A stretch of 64,000 bases of DNA, taken from contig JAKMXF010000340.1 of assembly GCA_024704765.1 (NCBI GenBank), forward strand, positions 124,001-188,000, written 5' to 3'. The stretch is from Oopsacas minuta (Eukaryota > Animalia > Porifera). Shown here in pieces: positions 25,342-35,213 of the stretch. The notes under the pieces were generated by a model, which saw only the letters and a program-made list of their open reading frames with translations, did no database searches and was not told the origin of the DNA. The stretch's first letter is position 1. Each line of letters begins with the position of its first letter. The translations under genes were made by a program, and so were the position numbers.

Positions 25342-25678
25342 TATAGGAGCTATTATGATAGTTTTGGGTGGGGCACGTGCCTTCTCTATTTGACTTCACC
25401 ATAATACAAAAGTATAGGGCATGACGTCACATATGCTCCCACAGACTTATGAGCGTAGTTGCGCCTATGCTTCAGTTTATCAGTACTGTCAATTGAGTTC
25501 TCGATGCGAAATTATGGATTTTCGCCTCCACAAACGGGGCCTGCGGAACCGGAAAACTTCTGGAAACGGATTGAATAATGAATAGAGCGAATTCCTAGTC
25601 CCGTACAAATGAACCTCCACAAATGGGAGAACATTTTTCGCGTCGCTACACCCCGTCATGTGTTTAGGTTAAACTGTG
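25342..25678. mobile_element. Two adjacent MITEs: CATAGGCG family 25342-25469 and cacaaacgggg family ~25520-25678
   Basis: Sequence similarity to the 7521/21630 and 13470/15545 copies. Confidence 0.6.
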
Positions 25679-26205
25679 AAACACTCACAATCAAATTAAC
25701 TCAATGAACAAAATCTATATTCCCCAAATAACGATCTCATATCTAGATATATTGCAAAACTAATTAGGAAAAATACTGATCCTGACTCAAAATAATTAAA
25801 CCAATTACACACTTAACTTCAATCAATCTGTAACATCAATTCTATCTAATAATCACTATTAATTGACTACTAAACCATTTATCTACGCAGTTTCTAGTAA
25901 TGGGCGTTGACAACCAGTTGGCACTAAATGGAATGTATTATAATGCAATAGTATTACATGAAATAGCCAAACCTTTTTTGGTTGCTAACGTAATGTATAG
26001 TATTACATGATTCAATATTCAATCCCAGACCCATTATGGTGTGTATCAAGTATAAATACTTAGTAAATGGAATTGGTTAATTCAAAACGGATTTTCAATC
26101 ATCATCTTCCGCATCATCTTCATTAATTCACACGGAAATGTAAGTTGGAATTTAATGTATTTACATTAAGAATTATTGTGCTTTTATGATCGTTAAGTAC
26201 ATATA

Positions 26206-26583
26206 CAGGAAACTCGGTTATATCGAACACGGATATATCAAAATACCCGCTTATACGGAAGTTTGAAATTGTACAAATACGGCTCCCAATAGTATATTTC
26301 ATCGATTATACCCAAGTAATTATCGCTGTCTCTTGAGCTTTGATATAACTGAAGTTGACTGTCAAATGTTGTGTTTCACGATCGAAAATAATTAAGAAAG
26401 GTGCGAAATTCGCAGAACCCTGGACGTAAGAAACAATCCGATTTCAATTATTAAAGAGTACACAGAAGTAAAATATACATGCAGTATACTCCAGTTATAT
26501 CGAAGCTCAAGGGACCGCGATAATTACTTCGAGATAAGCGGGCATTTTTACATACACGTGTTCGATATAACAAGAGTTGAGTG
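26206..26583. mobile_element. Two MITE family B copies (26206-26363, 26483-26583)
   Basis: ctcggttatatcgaac..cccgcttatacggaag..gatataactgaagttgactg; matches 45534-45718 and 37045-37115. Confidence 0.7.
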
Positions 26584-27226
26584 AAAGTAACTGTAATTTT
26601 TGGCAAATAGTGTGCTGCCATTATTTACTTGTAGACACAATTCATTTTTCTATGTATAGCATCGTCATTTTTATAATTGCCTACCATAAAAACCCATTCC
26701 AGCATATTCCAGCTATTGAATATGGGGCATTTGTATAAATTACGTCGTAATCTGGTCAATTAAACATATTTACACGTGTTTTAACACGCTATATGATGTT
26801 CTATAGGAAACCGATACAATGCGTTTATAGAATATATAAAGTATATATTACATACTTAGGGTTTAGTTTTTGGTTTAAGAATTTTCTATTTTTGTTGATA
26901 TTTACTGGAATTTGCTGGATTTGGTAATATAAATTTGCAGAATTTTGGCACACAAAATGAAAAATTTGACAAAAATTCTGATTAAAATTTGATAATTTAT
27001 ACTTTTATATTATATATTTACGTTTGAAATTTTGAATAGCATAAAATGGAAGTATCTTAAGCCTACTTTTTCACAGTTTTCAGTTAAATACGAAATTCCA
27101 GGTTCTTGTAGGCGGCAAGTCCTGACTATATTACGAATTTTCGCTTTTTCGTCAACTTTTGATATATAATTATTATGGCAAAATATTATAAATTTTCCTT
27201 TTTTTTAGATTACAAAACTACATAAA

Positions 27227-27778
27227 ATGACTCAAACAATCCAAATCTCACAGAAACTAACCGACACATTGAACGAGGACTTAGCAAAACTCAACCATTT
27301 CCGTTGCCGGTTTTGTTCTGAAGTATGCATGAATCAGGAAACACATTTATGCCATGAAGCAAGGCATATCCCAAACACAATCTACTACCCATGTGTAATG
27401 TGTTATAAGAAATTCAGCAATGCTTACAGCCTACGTTTACATATACAAGTCAAACATTTGGGTATTTCAAAGTACAAGTGTTCATTTTGCCATAAAACAT
27501 TCCGTCAAAAATCGCATTTAATCGAACACGAGCGTATTCACACTGGAGAACGTCCATTCAAATGTCATTTATGCTTCAAAGGATTCGCCACCCACTCCCA
27601 TTTAAAAGTTCACACACGTTCCAAGCATAGAACACCGTTAATTTCAACTTATTCCAAAGGCCTTGATTCCGCTGGCGAGTCAAATGATTCAGTAACAATC
27701 GTCCCATTACCAATGCCAGTTACAATGGAAATACCATCGAATTTTCCTGAAAGTATCCATGGCAACAACCAAGCATGA
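27227..27778 (+). CDS. C2H2 zinc-finger protein, 4 fingers, 183 aa
   Basis: CRFC..HEARH, CVMC..HIQVKH, CSFC..HERIH, linker TGERPF, CHLC..HTRSKH. Acceptor tttttag at ~27209 suggests a 5' UTR intron. Confidence 0.85.
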   Translation: MTQTIQISQKLTDTLNEDLAKLNHFRCRFCSEVCMNQETHLCHEARHIPNTIYYPCVMCYKKFSNAYSLRLHIQVKHLGISKYKCSFCHKTFRQKSHLIEHERIHTGERPFKCHLCFKGFATHSHLKVHTRSKHRTPLISTYSKGLDSAGESNDSVTIVPLPMPVTMEIPSNFPESIHGNNQA

Positions 27779-28764
27779 TTGGAATCCCTGAATAATTGTA
27801 CAAAGTTTTAATGTGTATATACGGATAAATATATAAATAGATAGTTATATGATAAATCCTATAAAATATTTGCTGGAAATTAATAATATTTTTCTGATAA
27901 TTGAAGATTTTTCGAGTAATATGAATACTTGTATAATGTACGGAATAAATGAATGAAATGATATAACCAACGATTGAATTCTTTTATTGGACAATTATGG
28001 GTTAATTATTAATCAAGGAAAGGTTGGTGAATACTGACATTTTGTCCAACGACATTGCATACTTGCCCCCTTGACGGATACAGGGAAATAATTCCAAAAT
28101 TATGTGGATTATTTCCCGTATAATATCTTGAATTCGAGCAATGAATTCATCTTAATAGAACTTTTAGAAGTATAACCCTGATTCGCATTTTCCTTCACAT
28201 TAATAATTACAGTAGATTTAACTCATCAACTAATTATAACGAATCAATATAAAACCGCATAGATACCTTAGTTACCACCAGAAAACTAAGGAATGTATTC
28301 AAACTATAATAGGATACTTGCATACCTATTGCGATTTATTATTTCAATTACGCGGATGTGATACTATTCAATTTTATTGCTTCACGAATTATCAAATTAC
28401 TTGGAATGGAATTTTACTCTAGTTTCTTTTCAAGTTCTATCGTCTTAATTAATAAGTGATGAATTACTGATATCGATTCATAAACAGTAACTTCGAAATT
28501 CAGGGTATCTGAAGTTCTGAGTTCCCTCAGTGCCGTCGGAAGTGAATGCGGCCAGAATATTATTACTTGCATGGTCAACAAGGTAACCCTTGCTTCAGAC
28601 TCGGGGCCGTGTCGGGCCAATGATTGCAAAACATTCGTCATTGGATAATGTCATGTCATTAGAAGACAAAATTCTGGTCAAACCAGTATTCGTATTTACC
28701 TGGCTTTGGGTCGAAAATCCACACAGTTTGAACCTTTTATAACCTATCCATTTTATGCTAGCCA

Positions 28765-30615
28765 ATGTCTGGGCGAACAATCGAGGATCTTAACCGGAAA
28801 AATATCCTAGCAAGCACAGTTGGAATCGGTTGCAAACCTTCAGCAGATAAATACATTGCATTAGCAAAAGGAAAATCTGTCGACTACACAGCCATAAAAG
28901 AGGGCATAACAAACGCAAGGAAAGAAAATAAATGCGCTCTGAATAAAGTAAATGATTTGAAGAAGACTAATACTGAATTGAAGGACAAAAGGTTAGCCAA
29001 TCAGCATTATGAAATCTGGAGTAACACAGCTAAACAATTGTTGAACGGATTCAATAAAATCGAACTTGATTTGGAGCATTTTTATTTCACAATTTTGGAG
29101 AAAGATTTGGAAATTTTCAAACCTTTTGTGCAAAAGATAAAATGTTTTGAAGGCGAATTAGATGAGGAATTTGATATGTTTCTTGCAGGAATAATTGAGC
29201 CAGTCAAAAGTATTAGTTGCGATATCAAAATGACAGTTTTAGAACATGTCAAAGGTCAAAGTCCATTCGAGAAAGAACATGCAGCCGCGATAAAGGAAGA
29301 AATTTCGCGAGTTTCAATCGAAAGTAACGAAATTTTAAACAAACTAATTGGAGAATTTGATAAAGATTTCGAATTTGTTGAGGAGATTTGCAGGAATTTT
29401 AATATTATCAGTGATTATTCGAATTTTATTTCCCTTGAAGATATTCAATCAATTCCCGATGAGATTCAAGAACTTGAATGGCCTGACGAATTTCCAATTC
29501 AAGATATTGTACAAGAATACCATGAACTAATTGAAAACTATATAACCAAATTTCGGCATTTAGAAACGAAATATGCGTCGCATAAACTGTCAAATTTTTC
29601 GCTTACAAACTTCGAGTTGGAAAAGGCGAAGTTTATTATGAATCAATACACTGATACGTCCAATCTAAACCGTAGAAAATTACTGTTAGATCGATTGGAA
29701 AAGGAATTCCCGAATATGTCAAAATTTGAAGTACGTGATCTAACAGTTTGGCATTTTGGCCTTGAAGCATACGAATTCCAGAAAAGGTTACTTATTAAAT
29801 CGTTTTTCAATAGCAAAACTGAGTACATTTCCAAAACAAAAATACACAATCAAGAATCATGGACTTCTCATTTCGAAGTTCAAGAAGAAAAATTGTCAAA
29901 GGAACAACGGAAAAAGGAAAGAATAGAGTTTTTAGTGAAACTCCGCGATTGGAAAATGAAACGATTAGATATTTTAAGAATGGAAAACGATTTAGCAGTG
30001 AAAGAAGCTGAAGAAATGGAGGCAAAACGAAAGTTTGAAGAGACGATAAAATTGAAAGAAACGAAAGAGAAGAAAGAAAAAGTAATTCAATTTCAAAAAG
30101 AGAGAACAATACGAGAAGATCAAAATAAGGCCGATTTACAAATGCAAATTGAACGCACGAAAAAAGAACTTGCAAATCAAATAGAAAACGATAAAGAAAA
30201 AATAAACAAAAGAAATCAAAATTTTCAAGAAAAAATCGAAAATCGTAAAATGCAAAAATATGAAAAGAACGAATTTTCATTACGTAAACAGGAATTACAG
30301 CAATTAATCACCAAAAAAATCTCTGACCAAGTCGTGAAAGACCCAGAACGTATTCACCACACGACAAAAGCGTACAACGCGAAAATTGACACCTCAAACC
30401 CCAATGAAAAACACCTACAAGCACCTCTTTTCAAAGTCGACACTTTCACTTCAGAAATTGTATCAGCTGATCCAAGAATCCGTCTTGAATTAGCTCTACG
30501 AAAAGCTGGGCTACACAAAACAAAATATGCTAAAGAAGCGATGCAACGTGTTTCTCCTATGAAACAACAAAAACCTGAATTGAAATCGAATATATTCCAA
30601 ATTGATGAGAAATGA
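28765..30615 (+). CDS. CCDC148: Coiled-coil domain protein 148-like, 616 aa, single exon
   Basis: N-terminal KSVDY..QHYEIW and C-terminal SADPRIRLELALRKAGLHKTKYAKE..SNIF, recognised from the CCDC148 family; long K/E coiled coil. Confidence 0.78.
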   Translation: MSGRTIEDLNRKNILASTVGIGCKPSADKYIALAKGKSVDYTAIKEGITNARKENKCALNKVNDLKKTNTELKDKRLANQHYEIWSNTAKQLLNGFNKIELDLEHFYFTILEKDLEIFKPFVQKIKCFEGELDEEFDMFLAGIIEPVKSISCDIKMTVLEHVKGQSPFEKEHAAAIKEEISRVSIESNEILNKLIGEFDKDFEFVEEICRNFNIISDYSNFISLEDIQSIPDEIQELEWPDEFPIQDIVQEYHELIENYITKFRHLETKYASHKLSNFSLTNFELEKAKFIMNQYTDTSNLNRRKLLLDRLEKEFPNMSKFEVRDLTVWHFGLEAYEFQKRLLIKSFFNSKTEYISKTKIHNQESWTSHFEVQEEKLSKEQRKKERIEFLVKLRDWKMKRLDILRMENDLAVKEAEEMEAKRKFEETIKLKETKEKKEKVIQFQKERTIREDQNKADLQMQIERTKKELANQIENDKEKINKRNQNFQEKIENRKMQKYEKNEFSLRKQELQQLITKKISDQVVKDPERIHHTTKAYNAKIDTSNPNEKHLQAPLFKVDTFTSEIVSADPRIRLELALRKAGLHKTKYAKEAMQRVSPMKQQKPELKSNIFQIDEK

Positions 30616-31083
30616 ATTGATTTCCCATCAATTGTAAGCAATATGTCACTTTATTGTGTTTCGAATAAATACAACTTTGCTTGTGTATGTCTATTATTAC
30701 CATGGATAACTTACAAATGAAATATAATAGACTGTGTTTTATAGTTCTCGGATTATAGGGTCATTAGAACAGGGATAGAGCCAAGTAATTAGTGTTAAAA
30801 AACCTCTGCTAATCGACCTAACACCGGAAAACACAGCCTGATCCCAAAGTTTAATGTAAATATCAAGAATTTGTACAATTGATAACATAATTGCAATGCT
30901 TAGATTCATATATTATCTGCTCAGAACATGGATAAGGTATGATTCGCAATTTCGCATATATCCAAAGTCTGAGTTCATAAATATATTAAGTGTTAAGTTG
31001 TAAGTTATTCATGTTCCGAATCAAACAATAAAACCCCATCTTATCGAAGAAAATACTATACAAACTTTGGTTACTTTAATATA

Positions 31084-31220
31084 CAGTGAAGTCTCCCAAA
31101 ACGGACAAACCTCGTGCCAAGCATGTAATTAATACTAAAGCAGTCTCCGTTGAGCTGACAATTCTCTACAACGGACAGACACCATGTCTCCAATGTGTCC
31201 ATTATTCGGGGACTCCACTG
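31084..31220. mobile_element. Tc1/mariner-type MITE family D with TA TSD
   Basis: TA|cagtgaagtctcccaaaacggaca ... tgtccattattcggggactccactg|TA. Confidence 0.78.
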
Positions 31221-31388
31221 TACTAGATTTGACTGAATCAATATTTTCAAAATAATTGTCAAACAATTTTAGTATACATTAATAGGTAATTAATACCTAC
31301 CGAGTTTCTAAGAAAATTACCATGATTGATGAAAGCACTTAAAACATAGAAAGAATCTATTCGGAATAAAATAACAATAATAATAAGG

Positions 31389-34300
31389 TTAACAAGGACT
31401 AATAATAATTTTCTTCCCCTCAAAATTAGAAACATAATTTCTACTTTCACAGCGTGTAAAATAGCCCTCATCACATAGAATATCATTCAAGCATTTGCAA
31501 GGCATATTACTGTCCATAGGTTCATCACCGTTTGGCAGGAAATATAAACTCACTGATGCTAGTTTTAAATTCGAATCGACACGTCCAAGGAACTTCTGGC
31601 GTGTGACAAGCTCTTCAAAACGTTCTTTAGCCTTGGGAAGTTTCTCTGAGATGGGAGTTACATTTGACAGTGTGCACTCGATAGCTTGGAATGGTGTAAT
31701 TATGAAATTACTCTCGATTTTTCGGATGTATTTCGCCTCAATTATTTCCGTATATCCATAGTCGAGATAGAACACTTTGACGCCGTCAGGATCAATTATC
31801 CTACACCTATGCCATTCTTGAATTTCAGAAAGGGCAACGCCAATTTCACCATTTTCCCAATTCTCGGAAATAGTGGGACAACTTTGTTTATTGTAAAACT
31901 CTTGAATTTCCTTGTGTAATTGAAAATAATCCGATTCAGCGAGAGGGTATTTTTCTTCCAGAATATTTGTTAGATTTTCACCACCCGAAACGATATCATT
32001 CGTCAAATCAAAACATCCATTAGGACATGTAATATGAAAAATATTCGGTGATTGTATAGCAGTAATATTACAGAAAATAAACGAAGCAACAAGGGGTAAT
32101 TGGACTACTTTATTACTGCTTGGAATTTCGATTTGATTAGCCAACCTTTCAGGAAATGTTGTATGAATGTACTTACATTTATCGCCCATAAAACAGCCTT
32201 TGGTTGAATTGAAATACCTGCAAATCATTGACGTATTTGCTTCTTTTTTCCCATGTATAGCGACCTGTACATTATCATCTTCGTATGTATAATTGTTATT
32301 CGGAGATAGAAAATCGGTTTCCATTGGATTCCAATGGTTCAATTCGTCAGGAGAATTTGAAAATGATGAAAACGAATCTTCAGGGTCGTGTGGTCTCTCT
32401 ACCAAATCTGCATACCCCAATTCCACGAGACGATCATTCAAACATTCGTTGTTATTCTCAAAATTAAATAGCCGTACTTTTATCAAGCATTCCTCCATGA
32501 CCACCACGTTGTTATGGATACGTTCACGTGAAATAGATGACGTCATGAATGCAGTTAGTATTGTATGAAATCCGATTTTATGGAAAGTTTCCATTGCTTC
32601 TAACGACCAAAGTAATTTATTTTTTGGCGGTTTTATCCCGCTCAAACGACAAGGAATAGCTTGTGCAGGGAAACGTAGTAATCTTTTTTCAATTGGCAAT
32701 ATTTCATTTTGCATTACCCAAGCTGTATTGCCGAAATCAACGAAAAAAACGAAAAATTTCGTCTTCTCAGGATTCAATTCTAATACCAAGCACCGATACC
32801 ACAAATCGTCCCCCTTGTCGATGGCAATGCAAGGCTGTCTGAGTTCAATAAAACTGTAAAACATTGGACCATTCGCAACAAACTCTGCGATTTCTCTCGC
32901 AATTTGATCGACAATAGCATTTTTAATGTGAATAACATGGACATAGAAGAGATCAGGAGATTCTATGTGAATAAGCATAGACGAAAATGAACCATCTTCT
33001 TGGTAAATATTCGGGAAATAATATCCAGTTTCATCTTCACTACGAAGTGAACCAATTAAATCACCAAATTCGCGAAATTCGCTTATAGGTTTTTCCGCGA
33101 TATTCTGTTCAGATGTTGAGATATTAATAATAGAAGATGTTGAATTTGTATATGAAAGTGTGTCGTAATTTCTCTGGGGGTTATCTTCAATTTCAAGCCC
33201 CATAGAACCACTTACAAGTAGTTCACGTAACCCAACGTGTTCTCTATCAAGTAGCGTCAATTGTGCAGGAGTTAATGTGAGTAATTTCCGTTGTATAACC
33301 TCGCGGATTGTCTCAGTATTCAATATAATCTCTAACTCCAGATGATTCGACTCTCCACATTGACTGACATCACCGTATACAGCACGATGTGCATCCAAAA
33401 CAACATCAACCCATTGTGTTACTTCATTGTCCCATTGGTATTTCAAAGATGGCAATGTCCATTCATCAGTATTTGATGGTGTAATTATCGTGACGTCACT
33501 TCCATTTGGTTTGATATTGTGTAGCGAGCCGATAAAAGCTTGTTGTGGGTGTGTAGCGAATTTTTCTGGAATATTTCGCAGGTTTTCTATCCGTACTTTA
33601 TCGGTGTTTCCGTAATCAATGAAGTATACTTGAGCTTCGTCTGTTTGTTTCGAAAGTATCAGTGCTCGATACCAACAATTATCAATCTCATATTTCGCGA
33701 AAAAATATTTTCCATTCTCAACACTCGCGGAAGTTACCACCTCCATTTTTTCCGGGTGTAAATCTATATCCGCATGGTATTTCGTTATTTCCGGTATCAT
33801 TTGGTTGAATTCTTTTGTCAAAAGTTGTAAATATATATAAGAAGGCGAACCAACATGTGTCACGACAAATTTATGCTTCCGGTTTTGTGAAAGCGTTTGG
33901 AAAGGGACAATTGGTTCACTCAAAATTGGTTTCGGTGTTTGTACTTTGACCTCAAGGTCACTTTCAGGTGAGGAGGGAACTTCATCTTCTTTCAGTTCGA
34001 TTTTATTGTCTATAAGCCTTTGCATTATTGGTGTAACCTCGCGATTTTTCTCACCTTCAGGTGATAAATGCCGCAGTTGGTTAATTACAGGTTGTGATTC
34101 GATATCTAACTCGACGGAAACATTACTATCAGCCGATTCAACAGTATTCACATTTTCTTGTTGTAAAACAATATAGTCAACCGATTTGATGTATTCATTT
34201 AGATTAAAATCCAAATTAGGTAATTGAACAGGATTTGTTGGTTCTTCAAATTGTTCAAGTTGAAACTGCATCATTGCATCTAAATTCTGTTCGATTTCTT

Positions 34301-34685
34301 GTCCGATCTTTGAGCTTTCCTGGAAAAAATTAGCTCTTTTGGTTTCATTAAGCAATGAATTGACTTGACTTTTGCAAGAAATGAGATTATTTACTGCTAT
34401 TTCACATTGTTCACCGTTTGGCATTATCATTTCCTTCTCAAAAACCTTTTGAAAAATCACATTTAATTCGTCCATCATTTGTTTCTGCTTAGCATCAAGT
34501 TCAAGAAACAATCGACAAAATTCGTTTGATATTTTATTAACAATTTTGGTTTTACCCTGTTCACATATTTTATCTTTCTCCTGCATGTATGTTGCTACAC
34601 GTACATGATACATTTCTATTGCTGTGTCTATTGTATCTAGTTTTGATCGTAGACGCTGTTTCAGGAATTCTATTGGATCTGCCAT
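31389..34685 (-). CDS. Tudor-domain protein: N-terminal coiled coil, Tudor-Tudor-CCCH zinc finger-Tudor (TDRD/Krimper-like); single exon, ~1098 aa
   Basis: Start MADPIEFLKQ at 34685. Tudor 1 FAKYEIDNCWYRA..VYFIDYGN; Tudor 2 DDLWYRC..VFFVDFGN; CCCH CRYFNSTKGCFMGDKCKYIH; Tudor 3 QEWHRC..VFYLDYGY; SN-like QAIxCxLxxI segments after each. Confidence 0.85.
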   Translation of the reverse strand: MADPIEFLKQRLRSKLDTIDTAIEMYHVRVATYMQEKDKICEQGKTKIVNKISNEFCRLFLELDAKQKQMMDELNVIFQKVFEKEMIMPNGEQCEIAVNNLISCKSQVNSLLNETKRANFFQESSKIGQEIEQNLDAMMQFQLEQFEEPTNPVQLPNLDFNLNEYIKSVDYIVLQQENVNTVESADSNVSVELDIESQPVINQLRHLSPEGEKNREVTPIMQRLIDNKIELKEDEVPSSPESDLEVKVQTPKPILSEPIVPFQTLSQNRKHKFVVTHVGSPSYIYLQLLTKEFNQMIPEITKYHADIDLHPEKMEVVTSASVENGKYFFAKYEIDNCWYRALILSKQTDEAQVYFIDYGNTDKVRIENLRNIPEKFATHPQQAFIGSLHNIKPNGSDVTIITPSNTDEWTLPSLKYQWDNEVTQWVDVVLDAHRAVYGDVSQCGESNHLELEIILNTETIREVIQRKLLTLTPAQLTLLDREHVGLRELLVSGSMGLEIEDNPQRNYDTLSYTNSTSSIINISTSEQNIAEKPISEFREFGDLIGSLRSEDETGYYFPNIYQEDGSFSSMLIHIESPDLFYVHVIHIKNAIVDQIAREIAEFVANGPMFYSFIELRQPCIAIDKGDDLWYRCLVLELNPEKTKFFVFFVDFGNTAWVMQNEILPIEKRLLRFPAQAIPCRLSGIKPPKNKLLWSLEAMETFHKIGFHTILTAFMTSSISRERIHNNVVVMEECLIKVRLFNFENNNECLNDRLVELGYADLVERPHDPEDSFSSFSNSPDELNHWNPMETDFLSPNNNYTYEDDNVQVAIHGKKEANTSMICRYFNSTKGCFMGDKCKYIHTTFPERLANQIEIPSSNKVVQLPLVASFIFCNITAIQSPNIFHITCPNGCFDLTNDIVSGGENLTNILEEKYPLAESDYFQLHKEIQEFYNKQSCPTISENWENGEIGVALSEIQEWHRCRIIDPDGVKVFYLDYGYTEIIEAKYIRKIESNFIITPFQAIECTLSNVTPISEKLPKAKERFEELVTRQKFLGRVDSNLKLASVSLYFLPNGDEPMDSNMPCKCLNDILCDEGYFTRCESRNYVSNFEGKKIIISPC

Positions 34686-35213
34686 GATAGCTAGAAAGTT
34701 AGTGAAAACAATAGTCAACTCCAGTCAAATCGAATCTTAAGGAACCGTGATAATTATTCGACAGAAGTGAAGTTTGATAAAAATCGATGAATTTATCCTA
34801 CTTTGACGGTTTCGGACCATATTTGTACAATTTCAGACTTCGATATGTCTGGAGTTACGTGACGCTCGAAATTAAAGTAGCAACGGTCCTAGTTACACAT
34901 GGGGGTCATTGGAATTCGTCTACTTACTAAGAGCACGTATGATAGGCCCCGTAACAAGCGGATTGTCCAGATCCTCCTATACTCAGTTGAATAACCTTGC
35001 AAAGGTTGGAACGGATTCGGGATTTATATAAGAATTTTTGGATATAGTTTTTGATCTAAAATTGTCATCGACATGCTTTGCACAAATACCCAATACAAAC
35101 AAACTGTGATTATAATTATTACAAAAGTCTATAGAAAAATAAAAAATTCGGAATGTTAAATAAAAATACTAATAAGTGATATAGAAAAATAAATAAGTGT
35201 TAGAATACCAGAT

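Noticed and set aside
28595-28780. Selenoprotein candidate via an in-frame TGA
   Set aside because: The context RPRV*SKG matches no known Sec motif, it has a non-ATG start, and no SECIS was identified.
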